From the NCBI GenBank assembly GCA_963821525.1, contig CAWGED010000005.1:128001-192000 (forward strand): a stretch of DNA of 64,000 nt. The letters are read 5' to 3'. The notes below the pieces were generated by a model. The model worked only from the letters and a program-made list of their open reading frames with translations. It ran no database searches and was not told the DNA's origin. A program made the position numbers and the translations under genes. This DNA comes from an uncultured Gemmatimonadales bacterium (lineage in GTDB: Bacteria; Gemmatimonadota; Gemmatimonadetes; Gemmatimonadales; GWC2-71-9). Position 1 is the stretch's first letter. Each line of letters opens with the position of its first letter. Shown piece by piece: positions 11,527 to 21,441 of the stretch.

Positions 11527-14526
11527 CGCGTCGCTGCGTTCGGGGATGTGGAGCTGCGGAGCGGAGCAACAGCCGCCGGTTGCGAGAGCGCGGCCATCGC
11601 ACGCCGCGCCTGCTCCACCATCGGTTGCAGCGCCGAAACTGGGGAGTCGTAGCGGCGGAGGAACTGGGCATAGTCCTCGCGAGCCAAGGCTTTCAGACCC
11701 TGAGCCTCCGCGATGCGAGCGAGTTTCAGATAGGCAAAGGGTGCGAATACCTGCGGCGTGAGATTATCCCCGTTCAGCTCGGCCTCGTGCCAGACCAGGG
11801 CCTTCATCGCCCTCGCAGTGTCGCCAGCCGCCAGGAAAGCGTCCGCCTCGGTCAGGCGATTGACGCTCAGGATCGGGGTTCGGATCGCTGCGCCCGATCC
11901 ATCCCACTGTTGACCGCCGTCCGCAGCCTGGAGCGAGTCGCCAGCACGCGCCGTGGCACCGTCGAGTTGAAAGGAGAATGCCCTGAGCGAACGCTCGACG
12001 TAGGGCGCCGCGGCGGCGTGACTCCTGTGCGCCACCGCACGAGCCGCGGCAAGTCCGCGTCGGTCATGGGCGACAACGGCGAGCAGTCCATCGAGCCAGG
12101 CGAGAGTAGTGCGTTCCTCGTCGGCGTGCGCATCGGCCGGTAGGCTGGCGATCGCTCGGGTAGCCGCACGACCGGCCGCAATCGCCACAGTGGGATCCAC
12201 ACCCTTGAGCCAGGCGCCGAATACCGTCCATCGGTACCGATCTAGAATCGTCGACTCGTCCGGCGCATCGGCCACGACCGAATCGGCTGCAACCAATGCG
12301 GAGTCCCAGGCTCCCCGCATCGCCCAGCTCGCGGCGAGGCTCCGCTTATACCGGGGCGCGAATTTTTGCGGTACCCCCGACCCGAGGATCAAATGGTCCA
12401 GCTCGACCTGCGCCCCCGGGAAACCCGAAGCGGTCGAGTCCGTTGGCTCCCCATCGATGTCCGAAGGTGCTGTCGTCAGCCACAAGTGCCCACGATACGC
12501 TGTCGATTAACGGATGTGGTGCTTGTCCCGCGGTGCTCTGCAGCTGGCTGGCCAATCGGTACCAGAGCGAGACATCGAAGCCAACGGCGAGGGAAGTACT
12601 TCGCATCCAGCCGAGCGAATCGAGTGCGCGGATGGAACGATTGGTTGCCGCCGTATCCTTCCCCAGGCTCATCAGAAGCAGGTGGCCCCACCCATCCACC
12701 ATGTTCGGCTTCAGGGCAACGGTGTGCTCCAAGGCCGCGCGCGCATCAGCCGCCGTGTACCCGAGGACCGGGCCAGCATGTACGAGGTAATCGGCGTAGA
12801 ACATCCATCCGAACCAGTCGTCGGGAAACCGAACCGTCACCTGCTTGGCAAGACGAATGGCGACGTTGAGACTCTCGGCAACGCATGTGCACGCCTCGAT
12901 CAGCAGCCGCTCACGGTCAGGCAACTCCGAGCGATGCATCCGCGCCGCATTGACGAGGTTGCTGTCGACATCCACTCCCGGCCAGGCGCTGGCGTACCAG
13001 AGACGCCAGTAGGCGAGCCAGAAGGTGGAGTCGGCCCCGATCGCGCTGTTGTACGCGATCGCCGCATCGCCCCAGCGATCAGCGACGATGTCTGCCTCGC
13101 CGGTGAGAAAGGCCTTCAGGGCCGGGACCGATCGGGTCTTTACGGCGGCGTCGAGACTCGGCGAAGGAATCTGACCTCGCAGCCAGATCTGCTTCAGAAG
13201 GGACCGAGTGACGGTATCGGTGAAGGCCCGGATGGAATCCGCCGGCGCCGTCGTGGAAGCCTGCGCGAGCAGCTTTCCATCGTCGCTCGAGATCCAGTCG
13301 ACATCCCACCGCACATCTGCTCCCACTCGGACGAGGGTTCCGCGCACCACACCTCCGGCGCCGAGCCGGCGGGCTAACGCCAGATCCTGCGATTTGGAAT
13401 GCGTCGCCGTAGCCCCGACCTCGCCAAGCACTGTCTGCGGATCGACTGCGCGAATTTCTCCGGCACCGGTGAGGTTGGCGGACAACGTGAGCACCAGATC
13501 GCGCCCCAACTTCGAGAGCGCGGAATCGGAACCGCTGGGCTTGGCGGGGAGTACGGCGATAGTCGAAGGCGTCGGAGCCTGGCCCTTCTCTCGGCGCTCG
13601 GCGAGCCACTCACCCGCGATCACTCCCACCGCGACAATGAGCACGCCGATCGCGACCGCGGGGGCGTGGCGCCGCAACGTTGGGAAGGCAGCCGGCGGGG
13701 CGTTGAGCGCCCGCACAAACTCGGCTCCCGATGCGAACCGATCGGCGGGCACTTTGGCCAGTAGTCGCTCGACCGCCTCGGCGATTCCCTCGGGAATCCG
13801 GTCGCGGACCACCCGCAATGGCGTGGGACGCTCGGTGATCAGTTTGGCTATGATCGCCTGCGCGCTCCCACCGAGCACCGGGGGTTCTCCTGCCAGCATC
13901 TCGTAGGCGACTGCGCCGAGCGAGTAGAGATCGCTGCGGGCGTCGATCAGCCGGTCGCCGGTGGCCTGCTCGGGGCTCATGTATTGCGGCGTCCCGACCA
14001 CGAGTCCGGTCTCCGTGAGCCGCTGACCCCCGGCCTCGCTCACCGCGAGCGCGATACCGAAGTCGGTGAGCATGGGAACGCCGTCGTGCAGCAAGATATT
14101 TTCCGGCTTGATGTCGCGGTGAATCACACCCTGGGCATGCGCGTGGTCGAGCGCCGAGGCGATCTGACTCACGATGCGCGTCACATCCTCGATCGGAAGG
14201 CGACCCTCCTTGTCCATCCGCTCCCGGAGCGAGCCACCGCGTACGTAGGGGAGGGTGTAATACAGCAGGTCTCCGGCGCCGCCGGAGTCGAGCAGCGTCA
14301 TCACATTCGGGTGATCCAGCTTGGCCGTTAGCCGGATCTCGGCCAGGAAACGTTCCCTGCCTAGGACGGCGGCGAGCTCGGGCCGCAGGACCTTGAGTGC
14401 CACTTGGCGCTCGTGCTTCAGGTCTGTGGCCAGGTAGACGGTAGCGATCCCCCCGCGTCCGAGTTCCCGCTCGATCAGGTACCGATCACGAAGAGCCTCG
14501 GTCAGCGTCGGGGAGACAGGTCTCAT
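11523..14526 (-). CDS. Hanks-type Ser/Thr kinase with TM helix and TolB-like/TPR C-terminal region (frameshift near 12420)
   Basis: ELGRGGIATV, VALKVL, HRDIKPEN, DFG, GTPQYMSPEQ, a hydrophobic helix, then IAVLP. Confidence 0.9.
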
Positions 14527-14679
14527 GTTATCTGGAGGTGGGACTTCGATCGTGAAGGGTAGCCCACTGGCGGTGCCGGGGGCTGGGCATACGTTTTAAT
14601 CGGATACCCACTGCCCGTCATGGCTCCGTGAGGCAGCCGTGAGTTTGGGGGATTTGGGGCCCGGTCTGGGAGTAACTCA

Positions 14680-17582
14680 GTGATCCGTCTGCTTACCTTG
14701 GGGGTCGTTGGTCTTGAGGATCAGGAGCGCCCTGAGTTGCCGCAGCTGCTGCGTCAGCCCAAGGCATTCGCCTTCCTCTGTTACCTCGCCCTGGCCGGTC
14801 CCCCTCGGTTTCGCCGTCGTGATACCGCGATCGCGCTCTTCTGGCCTGAGCTCGACCATGAACACGGCCGGGCGGCACTCCGCCAGACCCTTAGTGTCCT
14901 GCGCCGCTTCCTCGGCGCCGATGCGGTCGTCAACCGTGGCGACGAGGAGATCGGTCTGGACCAGGACAGGATATGGTGCGACGCCGCGGCCTTTCAGGAG
15001 CTGACTGAGGCGGGCGAGGCCGAACGGGCCATGGCGCTGTATCGGGGTGACCTGATCGAGGCACTACATGTCGCCGGAGCAGCGCCAGAGTTCTCGCAGT
15101 GGCTGGACGCTGAGCGGCTCCGACTTCGGCGGCTGGCGCAGGATACGGCATTGCGTTGCGTCGAGGAACACAATAGCGCGGGCGATGCGGCCGGCGCGAT
15201 CCAATGGGCTCGTCGCGCCGTCCAGCTCGAGTCATTCGACGAGCGCGGTTCCGCCGACTCCTCCAACTCCTGGATCAGGCCGGCGAACGGGCCAGTGCCG
15301 TGCAGGAGTATGAGCAGTTCGCGGTGCGACTCGCGCAGGAGCTCGAGGTACGGCCGGCGGTTGAAACCCAGGCCCTGGTCGCGTCGATTCGAGCCCGGCT
15401 TCCGGTGGCCGCCACCGCGGCACCCGCGAATCAGCCCGAGACAGTGGCTTCGCCTGAGCCGAGACGCTCGTCATCGCAGCCAGCTTTGTCCCCGCCTCGT
15501 CCGTTCGATACCCGCCGGTCATTACTCCTCGTCAGCCTCTTCGGGCTCGCCCTCGCCTTGGTACTGGCAGCGAGCCTGCGACGCGGGCGACCCGCCATGC
15601 TCCATCCCAATCTGGTTGCGATCATGCCGTGGAGGGTCAGCGGCGCCGATCCTTCGTTGGCGTACCTTCGCGAGGGGTATGCTCGACCTGTTGGACGGCA
15701 CTCTTACCGGCGATCGCGGACTGCACGCCGCGGACCCGCGAACGACGCTTCGGGCGGTGAATGCAGTGGCATCCTCCTCGAATCAGGATGTACCGCTATC
15801 CACGGCCATGGCGATTGCCCAACAGATTGGCGCAGGCCGAATCATTCAAGGTGCGGTAGTGGGAACTCCCGCTCACCTGACGATCGAAGCCAGCGAGTTC
15901 ACGGCGCCAGACACCCGCCCGACTCTCACGGTTGCTATCACCGGTTCCATCGACAGTCTTCCTCGAATGGTGGAGCGCCTCACGGCGCAACTCCTGGCAC
16001 ATGAGACCAGCGATCCCGAGCAGGTGCAGAGTCTGGCCACGACCTCGCTCCCGGCGCTCAGAGTCTATCTGGAGGGGCGGGCAGCGTTTCGCCGAGGCCG
16101 TTATGGAGAAGCCACCCACGACTTCGGTCAGGCCTTGACCCTCGACTCGACCTTTACCCTAGCGGCGTTGGGTCTCTCCACTGGCTCGTACACGATGGCA
16201 GATATCGCGTTGATTCGAGAGGGGCGGCGGCTCGCCTGGCGCGACTCCAGACGCCTAAGTCCCCGCGACCGTGCGCTGCTCATAGATGTCGTCGGCCCGA
16301 ACTATCCCGGTCCTTCGGACGAGCGAGGGTACCTGGCGGCGAGGCAACGAGCTGTCGTGCTGGCGCCCGAAAGCCCGGAGGCTGCGTATTGGCTGGGCGA
16401 CAGCTTCTTCCACCATGGCCGGCTGCTCGTACTCCCCGATTGGCAGGGTCGGGCAATCGCCGGGTTCGAACGAGCCATCGAGCTGGATTCGGCCTACCTC
16501 GAGCCCTACCAGCATCTGATCGAGATCAAGCTCCAGCAGGGAGACACCATCGGCATTCGGGCTCTCGCCGCCACGTATTTCGCGATGGACTCGGCGGGTG
16601 AGTATCGGGATTTCGTACGCTGGCGAGTTGCCGTCGGGCTTGCCGACTCAGCGGGACTCACGGCGCTGCGTGCCCAGTTCCGGGGGATGTCGACCGAGAG
16701 CCTGTTCCGGATCGCGGCACAAGCCCAAGTCGAGGGGATTGAGCTTAGCGATGCCGAACTGGCGGCGCGCAGTCTTGCGGCCCAGGCGGGCGACGACGGT
16801 CGCTGGACTACGGCGGCTTATGTCAGTGGAGGGCCTGGCGTCAAACGAAGGACGGCCCGCCGCTGCGCTCGCCGCGACGGCATTCATGACCGCGGATCAG
16901 CGCCGGCCGCTCGCGGACCGCTGGTTTCGAGTCGCCGACGCCATCTACACCGACGGCGACAGCATCGCCGCGGAACACGCGATCGGTGAGCTGACACCGC
17001 TCGCGGACGGCCCCACGGAGATTCGACCGGGAGCGTCCGACAGCCAGAACGTGGCGACCTGCGCGGTGGCATTGTGGCGCATGCATCGAGCCGACACCCT
17101 GCACGTCCGCAGCGCCATCCATCGGCTTCGCGGAGTGCCCCCAGCGGAACACAGTGGACTCGGTGTGTGGATGAATGCGTGCGCCACGATTCTCGAGGCA
17201 CAGTTGGCGGCGATGGCCCCGGACGTCCGATACGCTGAGCGCTCTCGTTCGACTGGATTCGCTAGCCGATGCGGGTGCGGACCTGACCTCCCCTCTTCGA
17301 GTGGCCACCACGCTGGTGCTAGCCCACCTAGAGGAACAGCGGGGAAATCTGCCAGCGGCGGTCGCCGCGGTGCGACGACGAGAGAATGAATACAGTCCCC
17401 GGTATCTCTCGTCGCAGCTGGTGGAGGAGGGGCGTCTTGCGACATTGGTCGGAGAGCGGTCAGCGGCTATCCGAGCGTATCAGCACTATCTCGTGCTACG
17501 GGCCAAGCCCGAGGCGTCATTGCAGCCCGAGGTCGACTCCATCCGCGCGGTGCTCGCAAGCCTGCAGCGCGCGAATCATTGA
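14680..17582 (+). CDS. SARP-type wHTH-BTAD transcriptional activator with TM and TolB-like/TPR region (several frameshifts)
   Basis: MIRLLTLG, RRRDTAIALFWPE, LRQTLSVLRR, ALYRGDL, TM helix, VAIMPW, DSTFTLA. Confidence 0.85.
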
Positions 17583-17710
17583 GAGGGAACCCGGCCGAAG
17601 CTTGCGGACGAAAGACTCTCACTTCTCACCTCTCACGTCCCCGCTCACCGTTTACCGCTTACCGCTCACCTTCAGCGGAGCGGTACTAATCTCCATCGGT
17701 TGCCCGAGGG

Positions 17711-17830
17711 TCAATCGTCATCCTTGATGGTGACAGCCACCTGCGCCATTGCGATGCCGGGCGAGGTGATCGCGATGGTCGCCGCATTGTTGTGTTTGTC
17801 CGAGTCCTGCGGCGCCCGGAACTTCGCCCT
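17711..17830 (-). pseudogene. Possible C-terminal remnant of a Calx-beta/Ig-like domain gene
   Basis: APQDSDKHNNAATIAITSPGIAMAQVAVTIKDDD* has the beta-strand and terminal T-I-x-D-D-D pattern; no credible start. Confidence 0.35.
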
Positions 17831-17932
17831 AGCCCTGGTTGGCCTCCTCCGCCTTATATGGAACACGGAGTTGTGAACACCTTTACTTGTCGCCCGCAGG
17901 CGAAGCACGGGCGTTAGTGGCGCCCTCACGAT

Positions 17933-18377
17933 ATGACTCACACTCGCATTGTCCTGATTCTTCTGGCCACCGTGCTCTCGGCCGAGCAAGCTTCTGCCCA
18001 ACGTTTTACCGTGGCTGGCATCGACGACGATGGCGTGGCCCTCCACTTCCTCACGCAGCTCCAGACTGCCCTAGGACAGGAAGACTCAGTGACTATTGCC
18101 GGTCTCGTCAACTACCCGCTCAATGTGTTCGAGAATCATCACGATGATATGGTGAGGAGTCGCGGGGAGCTTTTGGCCCAATACAGATCCGTATTCCTGG
18201 CTCCAGTTCGCCATGCCATCGCTGGTCCAGGATCCCGACAGCCTCTTTGCAAACTGGCGGGGGGTCATGATCGGGAATGGGCAAGTCTGGTATCGGCCGG
18301 TTTGCGACCAGGAGGGCCAAACACATTGCCCGCTACTCATCTACACAGTCAACCGCGACGCGCCACCCGTCCAGTGA
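17933..18377 (+). CDS. Secreted hypothetical protein (frameshift near 18222)
   Basis: Signal peptide ending ASA-Q; LVNYPL, continuing in another frame as LFANWRGVMIGNGQVW. Confidence 0.7.
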
Positions 18378-18381
18378 TACG

Positions 18382-18432
18382 TGAACGGCCGGGCACATGG
18401 GTAACAGATCAGTCCGGGGACATCGGTAACAC
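18382..18432. mobile_element. Orphan IS481-like terminal sequence
   Basis: Two 18-bp units, CCGGGCACATGGGTAACA and CCGGGGACATCGGTAACA, at 25-bp period; the reverse complement is the TGTTACCnATGT repeat pattern I recognise from IS481-type ends; no transposase nearby. Confidence 0.6.
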
Positions 18433-18479
18433 TCGTCGCCCGCAGGTGAACCGCGGGCCGTCAGACAGGTGACGGGCCG

Positions 18480-19514
18480 CTAGGTCCAGCGAAACAGCTT
18501 CAGCGCCAGCCCGAAGGAAAGGACCAGCCAGACCAGGAGCACGGCGACTTCGGGGAACACTTCCCTCAGCCCGGCGCCTTCGAGCATGACGGCGCGAAGG
18601 GCGTCGTTGGCCGCGGTGAGCGGCAGCGCCTTGATGACTGGCTGCATGACCGCCGGGAAGTGGCTCGAAGAGAAGAACACTCCGGAGAACACCCACATCG
18701 GCAGCATCGCGAGGTTCATCAGTCCCGACGCGGCTTCCACCGTCCGGGGGCGGGCGGCGATGCAGAGGCCCAGGGCCACAAAGCTGAGGCCCGCCACACC
18801 ACAGGTGACCGCGAGAGTGACGAAGGAGCCCCGGACCGGGACATCGAACACCAGCATCCCGAAGATCAGCAGCATCCCCACCGCGAGCACCAGAAGCACC
18901 AGCTGAGACAGGAGGAACGAAGCGAGGTACTCGCTCCGGGACATGGGCGTTGCCGCAAGGCGCTTGAGCAGTTTTCGCTTTCGCGCATCCACGATGGTGA
19001 AGCCCGTCCCCCAGATTCCGCTGCCCATCAGGTTGAATCCAATCAGACCGGGAATCAGAAAATCGATGTAGCGCGATCCGCGCTCCCGCACGATCTGATC
19101 CGCGGTGGTTACCTGGTCGGTCCGCCCCGCCGACTGCTGCACCACGTCGTTGACGCGTTGCCGAGCCATGCGCGCGTCGGGTCGGGTATCGTCGTAGCGG
19201 TAGCGCAGTCCGGTCGAGTCCGGCACGAGCAGGAGGGCGATTTGCCCATTGCGCAGTGCCCGGGCCCCCGCCGTCGAGTCGGGAAAAGCCTCGAGACGAA
19301 TCCCCGAGTCCGCCTTGAGCGCCTCGATCGCCCCGCTCGTCACACCGGGCAGGTGGCCGACCACGATCCGATCCGCCGGGCGATCGCGGAATGCCAGCCC
19401 TAACCCCGCCGCGAGCAGTAGAGGGAAGCCATAGACCCAGAACAAGGCCTCCGGCTCGCGGAAGAATTCCCGAAACCGTACCGAGATCAGCTGCCGCAGG
19501 GAGTCGCTGATCAT
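18480..19514 (-). CDS. ABC-2 type exporter permease
   Basis: FREPEALFW, RYIDFLIPGL, LKRLAATP, multiple TM helices. Confidence 0.92.
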   Translation of the reverse strand: MISDSLRQLISVRFREFFREPEALFWVYGFPLLLAAGLGLAFRDRPADRIVVGHLPGVTSGAIEALKADSGIRLEAFPDSTAGARALRNGQIALLLVPDSTGLRYRYDDTRPDARMARQRVNDVVQQSAGRTDQVTTADQIVRERGSRYIDFLIPGLIGFNLMGSGIWGTGFTIVDARKRKLLKRLAATPMSRSEYLASFLLSQLVLLVLAVGMLLIFGMLVFDVPVRGSFVTLAVTCGVAGLSFVALGLCIAARPRTVEAASGLMNLAMLPMWVFSGVFFSSSHFPAVMQPVIKALPLTAANDALRAVMLEGAGLREVFPEVAVLLVWLVLSFGLALKLFRWT

Positions 19515-19515
19515 G

Positions 19516-20448
19516 TCACTCCTCCCGCAGCGACCGGCCGGTTAGAGAGACGAACACGTCCTCCAACGTTGCCGTGTGAGTTCTCAGTTCGGCGAATCCG
19601 GTGCCCAGCCGTTCCAGCATGTTCAGCAGTGGGGGCAGGGTCTCGTGCAGTTGGGAGATCTCGAGAAAGATTCGCGCGCCGGCCCGTCGCACCGCGTGCA
19701 CGCCGCCGAGCGCACGAAGCTCATTGTCGTCCGGGGATTTGCCGTCCAGCAGCGTGAACTCGACCACATGCTCCGATCCGAGCGAAGCGATCAATTCGCG
19801 CGGAGTACCCAACGCAATCACCCGGCCGTGATCCACGATGGCGACCCGGTCGCACAGCCGTTCCGCCTCTTCCATGTAGTGTGTGGTGAGCAGCACGGTG
19901 CGGCCCTGCGCCTTGAACTGCTCGATCAGGTCCCAGAGCTGGCGGCGGGATTGGGGGTCGAGACCGGTGGTTGGCTCGTCGAGGAAGAGCAGCTCGGGAT
20001 CGCCCACCAGGGCGCAGGCCAGGGCCATCCGCTGCTTCTGCCCGCCCGAGAGCTGGCCCACTCGGCTGCGCCGCTTCTCGTTGAGCTGCACCTGCCCGAT
20101 GACCGTATCTACCGTCGGCCCGCCGTGGTAGAAGCTGCGGAATAGCCGAAGGGTTTCCTCTACGGTCAGCTTCTCGGCGAGCTGGGTCTCCTGCAGCGAC
20201 ACGCCGATGCGAGGCCGGAGATCGGCAGCGTCGGTCGCCCACTGGCGGCCGAGTATGGTTACGGTGCCGGAGTCGGGCTGGTTGAGACCCTCGCAGATCT
20301 CGACCGTCGTGGTCTTCCCGGCACCATTGGGACCGAGCAGGCCGAAGCATTCACCGGTCCGGATCTCGAGGTCGAGCCCGTCAACGGCGCGAGTCTCCCC
20401 GTAGAACTTCCGGAGCCCGTGGATGGAGACGGCGGGTTGAGCAGGCAC
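19516..20448 (-). CDS. ABC transporter ATP-binding protein
   Basis: GPNGAGKTT, LSGGQKQR, LDEPTTGLD. Confidence 0.95.
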   Translation of the reverse strand: MPAQPAVSIHGLRKFYGETRAVDGLDLEIRTGECFGLLGPNGAGKTTTVEICEGLNQPDSGTVTILGRQWATDAADLRPRIGVSLQETQLAEKLTVEETLRLFRSFYHGGPTVDTVIGQVQLNEKRRSRVGQLSGGQKQRMALACALVGDPELLFLDEPTTGLDPQSRRQLWDLIEQFKAQGRTVLLTTHYMEEAERLCDRVAIVDHGRVIALGTPRELIASLGSEHVVEFTLLDGKSPDDNELRALGGVHAVRRAGARIFLEISQLHETLPPLLNMLERLGTGFAELRTHTATLEDVFVSLTGRSLREE

Positions 20449-20466
20449 GGTGTCGCGGGGTTTGAG

Positions 20467-20733
20467 TCAGGGGATAAGGGTGCGGGCCTGATTCCAAAAG
20501 AGCACCAGCTCGCGGGTACTTTCGAAGACCCGTACCTCGGGATCCCGGAGCGCCTGGTCCCGCGGCGCGAGCTTGAGATCGAGGTGGGGCCGGGCCGGGT
20601 TCTTCAGGTGGAGGGCGCCAGGAGGCGCTCCCAACCGGATCCGAAACGCCTCGAGCTCCTCGAGGTCATTGGTGGTCGAGAGCACATGAGACCACCCTGG
20701 TGCGTGCAGGTTCTCGCGGTCCATGATCAGCAT
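20467..20733 (-). CDS. DUF4031-like small protein
   Basis: WSHVLS..DLEELEAF..RLG..HLDL pattern. Confidence 0.55.
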   Translation of the reverse strand: MLIMDRENLHAPGWSHVLSTTNDLEELEAFRIRLGAPPGALHLKNPARPHLDLKLAPRDQALRDPEVRVFESTRELVLFWNQARTLIP

Positions 20734-20769
20734 CGTTATAAATTAGTCGTACCTGTGTGAGGAGGCGGC

Positions 20770-21357
20770 GTGGCGGCAGTCCCAGACATGTGGTCCGTCG
20801 GAATTTCCGTCCCGACCTTGGGCGGGGAGCAGGTTGTCGCACGTTGGGACGATGTGGACGTGCTGCTCATCACCAACGCGTCTTCGGCCGAGCAACGGTC
20901 GATGGCGGAGCAGCTGGCCCAGCGTGCCATGTCCGATACGCCGTTCCACACGCCGGCCTATACCAAGGCCGATACTGATCCCGACATCCGGATCTTTGTT
21001 GCGCGGCGAGCAGGGCGGGGCATTGGACTCGCGGTGCTGCGGCCGCGTCCCCGCTGGGGTTGGTGGTCGTGGGATGATTGGGACGATGAGCGGCGTCCTT
21101 CCACCGGGGTGGCGCCGCTCACCTCGTGGACCGTGGAGATCATCTGGACCCTGGCCCAGGCCCAGCAGCGAGGACTTGCGCAGCGCCTGCTGGAACAGGC
21201 GTCCCGAGTCGTGGACCAACCAATTACCTCATTCGCCTGGCGCCGCCCCTTCACGCCATCGGGCGAGGCCTTCGTGCGGCGGCTGTGCCCGGAGGGGTTC
21301 TGGGTGCCGGATGAGGTGACGGTCAGCCGTACGGTGAACGGTCAGCCGTCAGCCTGA
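20770..21357 (+). CDS. GNAT acetyltransferase with Eco1/ESCO-like C-terminus
   Basis: IWTLAQAQQRGLAQRLL (acetyl-CoA motif A) followed by FAWRRPFTPSGEAF. Confidence 0.65.
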   Translation: MAAVPDMWSVGISVPTLGGEQVVARWDDVDVLLITNASSAEQRSMAEQLAQRAMSDTPFHTPAYTKADTDPDIRIFVARRAGRGIGLAVLRPRPRWGWWSWDDWDDERRPSTGVAPLTSWTVEIIWTLAQAQQRGLAQRLLEQASRVVDQPITSFAWRRPFTPSGEAFVRRLCPEGFWVPDEVTVSRTVNGQPSA

Positions 21358-21441
21358 GGATACCTGAGCGAAGCGAGGTCCGAGCGATCCAGCTCCTGTC
21401 TCCGTCTCCCGTCTCCTGCGCTCGTACTCTCGTCTCCCGTC

